A DNA stretch of 64,000 bases from Eledone cirrhosa (taxonomy: Eukaryota), in the NCBI GenBank assembly GCA_964016885.1, contig OZ024742.1:323578001-323642000 (forward strand), in the 5' to 3' direction. Below, one piece after another: positions 54,072 to 64,000 of this stretch. The position numbers and the translations under genes are program-made. Positions within the stretch are counted from its first letter, which is position 1. Each line of letters starts with the position of its first letter. Below the pieces are notes generated by a model, which did no database searches, was not told the DNA's origin, and saw nothing but the letters and a program-made list of their open reading frames with translations.

Positions 54072-57000
54072 GGTTGGCTGATAGTGTGCTATAGCTCTTG
54101 GTAGGCTGATAGTGTGCTATAGCTCTTGGTTGGCTGTTAGTGTGCTATAGCTCTTGGTTGGCTGTTAGTGTACTATAGCTCTTGGTTGGCTGTTAGTGTG
54201 CTATAGCTCTTGGTTGGCTGATAGTGTGCTGTAGCTCTTGGTTGGCTGTTAGTGTGCTATAGCTCTTGGTTGGCTGATAGTGTGCTATAGCTCTTGGTTG
54301 GCTGTTAGTGTGCTATAGCTCTTGGTTGGCTGTTAGTGTGCTATAGCTCTTGGTTGGCTGATAGTGTGCTGTAGCTCTTGGTTGGCTGTTAGTGTGCTAT
54401 AGCTCTTGGTTGGCTGTTAGTGTGCTATAGCTCTTGGTTGGCTGTTAGTGTGCTATAGTTCTTGGTTGGCTGTTAGTGTGCTATAGTTCTTGGTTGGCTG
54501 TTAGTGTGCTATAGCTCTTGGTTGGCTGATAGTGTGCAATAGCTCTTGGTTGGCTGATAGTGTGCTATAGCTCTTCGTTGGCTGTTAGTGTGCTATAGCT
54601 CTTGGTTGGCTGTTAGTGTGCTATAGTTCTTGGTTGGCTGTTAGTGTGCTATAGCTCTTGGTTGGCTGATAGTGTGCTATAGCTCTTGGTTGGCTGATAG
54701 TGTGCTATAGCTCTTGGTTGGCTGTTAGTGTGCTATAGCTCTTGGTTGGCTGTTAGTGTGCTATAGCTCTTGGTTGGCTGATAGTGTGCTATAGCTCTTG
54801 GTTGGCTGATAGTGTGCTATAGCTCTTGGTTGGCTGTTAGTGTGCTATAGCTCTTGGTTGGCTGTTAGTGTGCTATAGCTCTTGGTTGGCTGTTAGTGTG
54901 CTATAGCTCTTGGTTGGTTGTTAGTGTGCTATAGCTCTTGGTTGGCTGATAGTGTGCTATAGTTCTTGGTTGGCTGTTAGTGTGCTATAGCTCTTGGTTG
55001 GCTGTTAGTGTACTATAGCTCTTGGTTGGCTGATAGCGTGCTATAGCTCTTGGTTGGCTGTTAGCGTGCTATAGCTCTTGGTTGGCTGATAGCGTGCTAT
55101 AGCTCTTGGTTGGCTGTTAGTGTGCTATAGCTCTTGGTTGGCTGTTAGTGTGCTATAGCTCTTGGTTGGCTGTTAGTGTGCTATAGCTCTTGGTTGGCTG
55201 TTAGTGTGCTATAGCTCTTGGTTGGCTGATAGTGTGCTATAGCTCTTGGTTGGCTGTTAGTGTGCTATAGCTCTTGGTTGGCTGTTAGTGTGCTATAGCT
55301 CTTGGTTGGCTGTTAGTGTGCTATAGCTCTTGGTTGGCTGTTAGTGTGCTATAGTTCTTGGTTGGCTGTTAGTGTGCTATAGCTCTTGGTTGGCTGTTAG
55401 TGTGCTATAGTTCTTGGTTGGCTGTTAGTGTGCTATATCTCTTGGTTGGCTGATAGTGTGCTATAGCTCTTGGTTGGCTGTTAGTGTGCTATAGCTCTTG
55501 GTTGGCTGTTAGTGTGCTATAGCTCTTGGTTGGCTGTTAGTGTGCTATAGCTCTTGGTTGGCTGTTAGTGTGCTATAGCTCTTGGTTGGCTGATAGTGTG
55601 CTATAGCTCTTGGTTGGCTGTTAGTGTGCTATAGCTCTTGGTTGGCTGTTAGTGTGCTATAGCTCTTGGTTGGCTGTTAGTGTGCTATAGCTCTTGGTTG
55701 GCTGTTAGTGTGCTATAGCACTTGGTTGGCTGATAGTGTGCTATAGCTCTTGGTTGGCTGTTAGTGTGCTATAGCTCTTGGTTGGCTGTTAGTGTGCTAT
55801 AGCTCTTGGTTGGCTGATAGTGTGCTATAGCTCTTGGTTGGCTGTTAGTGTGCTATAGCTCTTGGTTGGCTGTTAGTGTGCTATAGCTCTTGGTTGGCTG
55901 TTAGTGTGCTATAGTTCTTGGTTGGCTGTTAGTGTGCTATAGCTCTTGGTTGGCTGATAGTGTGCTATAGCTCTTGGTTGGCTGTTAGTGTGCTATAGCT
56001 CTTGGTTGGCTGTTAGTGTGCTATAGTTCTTGGTTGGCTGTTAGTGTGCTATAGCTCTTGGTTGGCTGTTAGTGTGCTATAGCTCTTGGTTGGCTGATAG
56101 TGTGCTATAGCTCTTGGTTGGCTGTTAGTGTGCTATAGCTCTTGGTTGGCTGTTAGTGTGCTATAGTTCTTGGTTGGGTGTTAGTGTGCTATAGCTCTTG
56201 GTTGGCTGTTAGTGTGCTATAGCTCTTGGTTGGCTGTTAGTGTGCTATAGCTCTTGGTTGGCTGTTAGTGTGCTATAGCTCTTGGTTGGCTGATAGTGTG
56301 CTATAGCTCTTGGTTGGCTGTTAGTGTGCTATAGTTCTTGGTTGGGTGTTAGTGTGATATAGCTCTTGGTTGGCTGTTAGTGTGCTATAGCTCTTGGTTG
56401 GCTGTTAGTGTGCTATAGCTGTTAGTGTGCTATAGCTCTTGGTTGGCTGTTAGTGTGCTATAGTTCTTGGTTGGCTGTTAGTGTGCTATAGCTCTTGGTT
56501 GGCTGTTAGTGTGCTATAGCTCTTGGTTGGCTGATAGTGTGCTATAGCTCTTGGTTGGCTGTTAGTGTGCTATAGCTCTTGGTTGGCTGTTAGTGTGCTA
56601 TAGCTCTTGGTTGGCTGTTAGTGTGCTATAGCTCTTGGTTGGCTGATAGTGTGCTATAGCTCTTGGTTGGCTGATAGTGTGCTATAGCTCTTGGTTGGCT
56701 GTTAGTGTGCTATAGCTCTTGGTTGGCTGTTAGTGTGCTATAGCTCTTGGTTGGCTGTTAGTGTGCTATAGTTCTTGGTTGGCTGTTAGTGTGCTATAGC
56801 TCTTGGTTGGCTGTTAGTGTGCTATAGTTCTTGGTTGGCTGTTAGTGTGCTATATCTCTTGGTTGGCTGATAGTGTGCTATAGCTCTTGGTTGGCTGTTA
56901 GTGTGCTATAGCTCTTGGTTGGCTGTTAGTGTGCTATAGCTCTTGGTTGGCTGTTAGTGTGCTATAGCTCTTGGTTGGCTGTTAGTGTGCTATAGCTCTT

Positions 57001-60000
57001 GGTTGGCTGATAGTGTGCTATAGCTCTTGGTTGGCTGTTAGTGTGCTATAGCTCTTGGTTGGCTGTTAGTGTGCTATAGCTCTTGGTTGGCTGTTAGTGT
57101 GCTATAGCTCTTGGTTGGCTGTTAGTGTGCTATAGCACTTGGTTGGCTGATAGTGTGCTATAGCTCTTGGTTGGCTGTTAGTGTGCTATAGCTCTTGGTT
57201 GGCTGTTAGTGTGCTATAGCTCTTGGTTGGCTGTTAGTGTGCTATAGCTCTTGGTTGGCTGTTAGTGTGCTATAGCTCTTGGTTGGCTGATAGTGTGCTA
57301 TAGCTCTTGGTTGGCTGTTAGTGTGCTATAGCTCTTGGTTGGCTGTTAGTGTGCTATAGCTCTTGGTTGGCTGTTAGTGTGCTATAGTTCTTGGTTGGCT
57401 GTTAGTGTGCTATAGCTCTTGGTTGGCTGATAGTGTGCTATAGCTCTTGGTTGGCTGTTAGTGTGCTATAGTTCTTGGTTGGCTGTTAGTGTGCTATAGC
57501 TCTTGGTTGGCTGTTAGTGTGCTATAGCTCTTGGTTGGCTGATAGTGTGCTATAGCTCTTGGTTGGCTGTTAGTGTGCTATAGCTCTTGGTTGGCTGTTA
57601 GTGTGCTATAGTTCTTGGTTGGGTGTTAGTGTGCTATAGCTCTTGGTTGGCTGTTAGTGTGCTATAGCTCTTGGTTGGCTGTTAGTGTGCTATAGCTCTT
57701 GGTTGGCTATAGTGTGCTATAGCTCTTGGTTGGCTGTTAGTGTGCTATAATTCTTGGTTGGGTGTTAGTGTGATATAGCTCTTGGTTGGGTGTTAGTGTG
57801 CTATAGCTCTTGGTTGGCTGTTAGTGTGCTATAGCTGTTAGTGTGCTATAGCTCTTGGTTGGCTGTTAGTGTGCTATAGTTCTTGGTTGGCTGTTAGTGT
57901 GCTATAGATCTTGGTTGGCTGATAGTGTGCTATAGCTCTTGGTTGGCTGTTAGTGTGCTATAGCTCTTGGTTGGCTGATAGTGTGCTGTAGCTCTTGGTT
58001 GGCTGTTAGTGTGCTATAGCTCTTGGTTGGCTGTTAGTGTGCTATAGCTCTTGGTTGGCTGTTAGTGTGCTATAGTTCTTGGTTGGCTGTTAGTGTGCTA
58101 TAGTTCTTGGTTGGCTGTTAGTGTGCTATAGCTCTTGGTTGGCTGATAGTGTGCAATAGCTCTTGGTTGGCTGATAGTGTGCTATAGCTCTTGGTTGGCT
58201 GTTAGTGTGCTATAGCTCTTGGTTGGCTGTTAGTGTGCTATAGTTCTTGGTTGGCTGTTAGTGTGCTATAGCTCTTGGTTGGCTGATAGTGTGCTATAGC
58301 TCTTGGTTGGCTGATAGTGTGCTATAGCTCTTGGTTGGCTGTTAGTGTGCTATAGCTCTTGGTTGGCTGTTAGTGTGCTATAGCTCTTGGTTGGCTGATA
58401 GTGTGCTATAGCTCTTGGTTGGCTGATAGTGTGCTATAGCTCTTGGTTGGCTGTTAGTGTGCTATAGCTCTTGGTTGGCTGTTAGTGTGCTATAGCTCTT
58501 GGTTGGCTGTTAGTGTGCTATAGCTCTTGGTTGGTTGTTAGTGTGCTATAGCTCTTGGTTGGCTGATAGTGTGCTATAGTTCTTGGTTGGCTGTTAGTGT
58601 GCTATAGCTCTTGGTTGGCTGTTAGTGTACTATAGCTCTTGGTTGGCTGATAGCGTGCTATAGCTCTTGGTTGGCTGTTAGCGTGCTATAGCTCTTGGTT
58701 GGCTGATAGCGTGCTATAGCTCTTGGTTGGCTGTTAGTGTGCTATAGCTCTTGGTTGGCTGTTAGTGTGCTATAGCTCTTGGTTGGCTGTTAGTGTGCTA
58801 TAGCTCTTGGTTGGCTGTTAGTGTGCTATAGCTCTTGGTTGGCTGATAGTGTGCTATAGCTCTTGGTTGGCTGTTAGTGTGCTATAGCTCTTGGTTGGCT
58901 GTTAGTGTGCTATAGCTCTTGGTTGGCTGTTAGTGTGCTATAGCTCTTGGTTGGCTGTTAGTGTGCTATAGTTCTTGGTTGGCTGTTAGTGTGCTATAGC
59001 TCTTGGTTGGCTGTTAGTGTGCTATAGTTCTTGGTTGGCTGTTAGTGTGCTATATCTCTTGGTTGGCTGATAGTGTGCTATAGCTCTTGGTTGGCTGTTA
59101 GTGTGCTATAGCTCTTGGTTGGCTGTTAGTGTGCTATAGCTCTTGGTTGGCTGTTAGTGTGCTATAGCTCTTGGTTGGCTGTTAGTGTGCTATAGCTCTT
59201 GGTTGGCTGATAGTGTGCTATAGCTCTTGGTTGGCTGTTAGTGTGCTATAGCTCTTGGTTGGCTGTTAGTGTGCTATAGCTCTTGGTTGGCTGTTAGTGT
59301 GCTATAGCTCTTGGTTGGCTGTTAGTGTGCTATAGCACTTGGTTGGCTGATAGTGTGCTATAGCTCTTGGTTGGCTGTTAGTGTGCTATAGCTCTTGGTT
59401 GGCTGTTAGTGTGCTATAGCTCTTGGTTGGCTGATAGTGTGCTATAGCTCTTGGTTGGCTGTTAGTGTGCTATAGCTCTTGGTTGGCTGTTAGTGTGCTA
59501 TAGCTCTTGGTTGGCTGTTAGTGTGCTATAGTTCTTGGTTGGCTGTTAGTGTGCTATAGCTCTTGGTTGGCTGATAGTGTGCTATAGCTCTTGGTTGGCT
59601 GTTAGTGTGCTATAGCTCTTGGTTGGCTGTTAGTGTGCTATAGTTCTTGGTTGGCTGTTAGTGTGCTATAGCTCTTGGTTGGCTGTTAGTGTGCTATAGC
59701 TCTTGGTTGGCTGATAGTGTGCTATAGCTCTTGGTTGGCTGTTAGTGTGCTATAGCTCTTGGTTGGCTGTTAGTGTGCTATAGTTCTTGGTTGGGTGTTA
59801 GTGTGCTATAGCTCTTGGTTGGCTGTTAGTGTGCTATAGCTCTTGGTTGGCTGTTAGTGTGCTATAGCTCTTGGTTGGCTGTTAGTGTGCTATAGCTCTT
59901 GGTTGGCTGATAGTGTGCTATAGCTCTTGGTTGGCTGTTAGTGTGCTATAGTTCTTGGTTGGGTGTTAGTGTGATATAGCTCTTGGTTGGCTGTTAGTGT

Positions 60001-63000
60001 GCTATAGCTCTTGGTTGGCTGTTAGTGTGCTATAGCTGTTAGTGTGCTATAGCTCTTGGTTGGCTGTTAGTGTGCTATAGTTCTTGGTTGGCTGTTAGTG
60101 TGCTATAGCTCTTGGTTGGCTGTTAGTGTGCTATAGCTCTTGGTTGGCTGATAGTGTGCTATAGCTCTTGGTTGGCTGTTAGTGTGCTATAGCTCTTGGT
60201 TGGCTGTTAGTGTGCTATAGCTCTTGGTTGGCTGTTAGTGTGCTATAGCTCTTGGTTGGCTGATAGTGTGCTATAGCTCTTGGTTGGCTGATAGTGTGCT
60301 ATAGCTCTTGGTTGGCTGTTAGTGTGCTATAGCTCTTGGTTGGCTGTTAGTGTGCTATAGCTCTTGGTTGGCTGTTAGTGTGCTATAGTTCTTGGTTGGC
60401 TGTTAGTGTGCTATAGCTCTTGGTTGGCTGTTAGTGTGCTATAGTTCTTGGTTGGCTGTTAGTGTGCTATATCTCTTGGTTGGCTGATAGTGTGCTATAG
60501 CTCTTGGTTGGCTGTTAGTGTGCTATAGCTCTTGGTTGGCTGTTAGTGTGCTATAGCTCTTGGTTGGCTGTTAGTGTGCTATAGCTCTTGGTTGGCTGTT
60601 AGTGTGCTATAGCTCTTGGTTGGCTGATAGTGTGCTATAGCTCTTGGTTGGCTGTTAGTGTGCTATAGCTCTTGGTTGGCTGTTAGTGTGCTATAGCTCT
60701 TGGTTGGCTGTTAGTGTGCTATAGCTCTTGGTTGGCTGTTAGTGTGCTATAGCACTTGGTTGGCTGATAGTGTGCTATAGCTCTTGGTTGGCTGTTAGTG
60801 TGCTATAGCTCTTGGTTGGCTGTTAGTGTGCTATAGCTCTTGGTTGGCTGTTAGTGTGCTATAGCTCTTGGTTGGCTGATAGTGTGCTATAGCTCTTGGT
60901 TGGCTGATAGTGTGCTATAGCTCTTGGTTGGCTGTTAGTGTGCTATAGCTCTTGGTTGGCTGTTAGTGTGCTATAGCTCTTGGTTGGCTGTTAGTGTGCT
61001 ATAGTTCTTGGTTGGCTGTTAGTGTGCTATAGCTCTTGGTTGGCTGATAGTGTGCTATAGCTCTTGGTTGGCTGTTAGTGTGCTATAGTTCTTGGTTGGC
61101 TGTTAGTGTGCTATAGCTCTTGGTTGGCTGTTAGTGTGCTATAGCTCTTGGTTGGCTGATAGTGTGCTATAGCTCTTGGTTGGCTGTTAGTGTGCTATAG
61201 CTCTTGGTTGGCTGTTAGTGTGCTATAGTTCTTGGTTGGGTGTTAGTGTGCTATAGCTCTTGGTTGGCTGTTAGTGTGCTATAGCTCTTGGTTGGCTGTT
61301 AGTGTGCTATAGCTCTTGGTTGGCTATAGTGTGCTATAGCTCTTGGTTGGCTGTTAGTGTGCTATAATTCTTGGTTGGGTGTTAGTGTGATATAGCTCTT
61401 GGTTGGGTGTTAGTGTGCTATAGCTCTTGGTTGGCTGTTAGTGTGCTATAGCTGTTAGTGTGCTATAGCTCTTGGTTGGCTGTTAGTGTGCTATAGTTCT
61501 TGGTTGGCTGTTAGTGTGCTATAGATCTTGTTTGGCTGATAGTGTGCTATAGCTCTTGGTTGGCTGTTAGTGTGCTATAGCTCTTGGTTGGCTGATAGTG
61601 TGCTATAGCTCTTGGTTGGCTGTTAGTGTGCTATAGCTCTTGGTTGGCTGTTAGTGTGCTATAGTTCTTGGTTGGCTGTTAGTGTGCTATAGCTCTTGGT
61701 TGGCTGTTAGTGTGCTATAGCTCTTGGTTGGCTGTTAGTGTGCTATAGCTCTTGGTTGGCTGATAGTGTGCTATAGCTCTTGGTTGGCTGTTAGTGTGCT
61801 ATAGCTCTTGGTTGGCTGATAGTGTGCTATAGCTCTTGGTTGGCTGTTAGTGAGCTATAGCTCTTGGTTGGCTGATAGTGTGCTCTAGCTCTTGGTTGGC
61901 TGTTAGTGTGCTATAGCTCTTGGTTGGCTGATAGTGTGCTATAGCTCTTGGTTGGCTGTTAGTGTGCTATAGTTCTTGGTTGGCTGATAGTGTGCTATAG
62001 CTCTTGGTTGGCTGTTAGTGTGCTATAGCTCTTGGTTGGCTGATAGTGTGCTATAGTTCTTGGTTGGCTGTTAGTGTGCTATAGCTCTTGGTTGGCTGTT
62101 AGTGTGCTATAGCTCTTGGTTGGCTGATAGTGTGCTATAGTTCTTGGTTGGCTGTTAGTGTTCTATAGCTCTTGGTTGGCTGTTAGTGTGCTATAGCTCT
62201 TGGTTGGCCGATAGCGTGCTATAGCTCTTGGTTGGCTGTTAGCGTGCTATAGCTCTTGGTTGGCTGATAGTGTGCTATAGCTCTTGGTTGGCTGTTAGTG
62301 TGCTATAGCTCTTGGTTGGCTGTTAGTGTGCTATAGCTCTTGGTTGGCTGTTAGTGTGCTATAGCTCTTGGTTGGCTGTTAGTGTGCTATAGCTCTTGGT
62401 TGGCTGATAGTGTGCTATAGCTCTTGGTTGGCTGTTAGTGTGCTATAGCTCTTGGTTGGCTGTTAGTGTGCTATAGCTCTTGGTTGGCTGTTAGTGTGCT
62501 ATAGCTCTTGGTTGGCTGTTAGTGTGCTATAGCTCTTGGTTGGCTGTTAGTGTGCTATAGTTCTTGGTTGGCTGTTAGTGTGCTATAGCTCTTGGTTGGC
62601 TGTTAGTGTGCTATAGTTCTTGGTTGGCTGTTAGTGTGCTATATCTCTTGGTTGGCTGATAGTGTGCTATAGCTCTTGGTTCGCTGTTAGTGTGCTATAG
62701 CTCTTGGTTGGCTGTTAGTGTGCTATAGCTCTTGGTTGGCTGTTAGTGTGCTATAGCTCTTGGTTGGCTGTTAGTGTGCTATAGGTCTTGGTTGGCTGTT
62801 AGTGTGCTATATCTCTTGGTTGGCTGATAGTGTGCTATAGCTCTTGGTTGGCTGTTAGTGTGCTATAGCTCTTGGTTGGCTGTTAGTGTGCTATAGCTCT
62901 TGGTTGGCTGTTAGTGTGCTATAGCTCTTGGTTCGCTGTTAGTGTGCTATAGCTCTTGGTTGGCTGATAGTGTGCTATAGCTCTTGGTTGGCTGTTAGTG

Positions 63001-64000
63001 TGCTATAGCTCTTGGTTGGCTGTTAGTGTGCTATAGCTCTTGGTTGGCTGTTAGTGTGCTATAGTTCTTGGTTGGCTGTTAGTGTGCTATAGCTCTTGGT
63101 TGGCTGATAGTGTGCTATAGCTCTTGGTTGGCTGTTAGTGTGCTATAGTTCTTGGTTGGCTGTTAGTGTGCTATAGCTCTAGGTTGGCTGTTAGTGTGCT
63201 ATAGCTCTTGGTTGGCTGATAGTGTGCTATAGCTCTTGGTTGGCTGTTAGTGTGCTATAGCTCTTGGTTGGCTGTTAGTGTGCTATAGTTCTTGGTTGGG
63301 TGTTAGTGTGCTATAGCTCTTGGTTGGTTGTTAGTGTGCTATAGCTCTTGGTTGGCTGTTAGTGTGCTATAGCTCTTGGTTGGCTATAGTGTGCTATAGC
63401 TCTTGGTTGGCTGTTAGTGTGCTATAGTTCTTGGTTGGGTGTTAGTGTGATATAGCTCTTGGTTGGGTGTTAGTGTGCTATAGCTCTTGGTTGGCTGTTA
63501 GTGTGCTATAGCTGTTAGTGTGCTATAGCTCTTGGTTGGCTGTTAGTGTGCTATAGTTCTTGGTTGGCTGTTAGTGTGCTATAGATCTTGGTTGGCTGAT
63601 AGTGTGCTATAGCTCTTGGTTGGCTGTTAGTGTGCTCTAGCTCTTGGTTGGCTGTTAGTGTGCTATAGCTCTTGGTTGGCTGATAGTGTGCTATAGCTCT
63701 TGGTTGGCTGTTAGTGTGCTATAGCTCTTGGTTGGCTGTTAGTGTGCTATAGTTCTTGGTTGGCTGTTAGTGTGCTATAGCTCTTGGTTGGCTGTTAGTG
63801 TGCTATAGCTCTTGGTTGGCTGTTAGTGTGCTATAGCTCTTGGTTGGCTGATAGTGTGCTATAGCTCTTGGTTGGCTGTTAGTGTGCTATAGCTCTTGGT
63901 TGGCTGATAGTGTGCTATAGCTCTTGGTTGGCTGTTAGTGAGCTATAGCTCTTGGTTGGCTGATAGTGTGCTCTAGCTCTTGGTTGGCTGTTAGTGTGCT
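54072..64000. repeat. 28-bp satellite, ~355 monomers, runs off the window end
   Basis: Consensus CTCTTGGTTGGCTG(T/A)TAGTGTGCTATAG; higher-order periods of 3617 and 1417 bp. Confidence 0.99.

Noticed and set aside
54072-64000. CRISPR-like 28-bp repeat
   Set aside because: No spacers and no cas genes; head-to-tail eukaryotic satellite.

Overview
AT-rich eukaryotic (metazoan) non-genic DNA. The repeat content is most consistent with an octopus/coleoid mollusc, which is inferred and not verifiable here. No host protein-coding gene can be supported: the very long Tyr/Ile ORFs are (TA)n microsatellite artefacts. 3-30 kb is a pile-up of non-LTR retrotransposons within kb-long interrupted (TA)n arrays: a 5'-truncated but stop-free CR1-group LINE and about ten RTE-clade copies from three families (called A, B, C here), including one near-full-length frameshifted copy. 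All three RTE families carry a C4HC3 PHD-type finger inserted inside the RT domain. Penelope-like element (PLE) remnants are scattered through 2-34 kb: a degraded RT, a GIY-YIG C-terminus with an inverted arm, and one canonical-core plus two variant hammerhead-ribozyme-like motifs. Two near-perfect long palindromes lie at 20.8-21.5 kb. 30-54 kb is older repeat debris: tRNA-derived SINEs, piggyBac-type MITEs, a hAT MITE with an exact 8-bp TSD, probable non-autonomous Helitrons and an old RTE relic. The last ~9.9 kb is a 28-bp satellite with a nested higher-order structure (3617-bp and 1417-bp periods).
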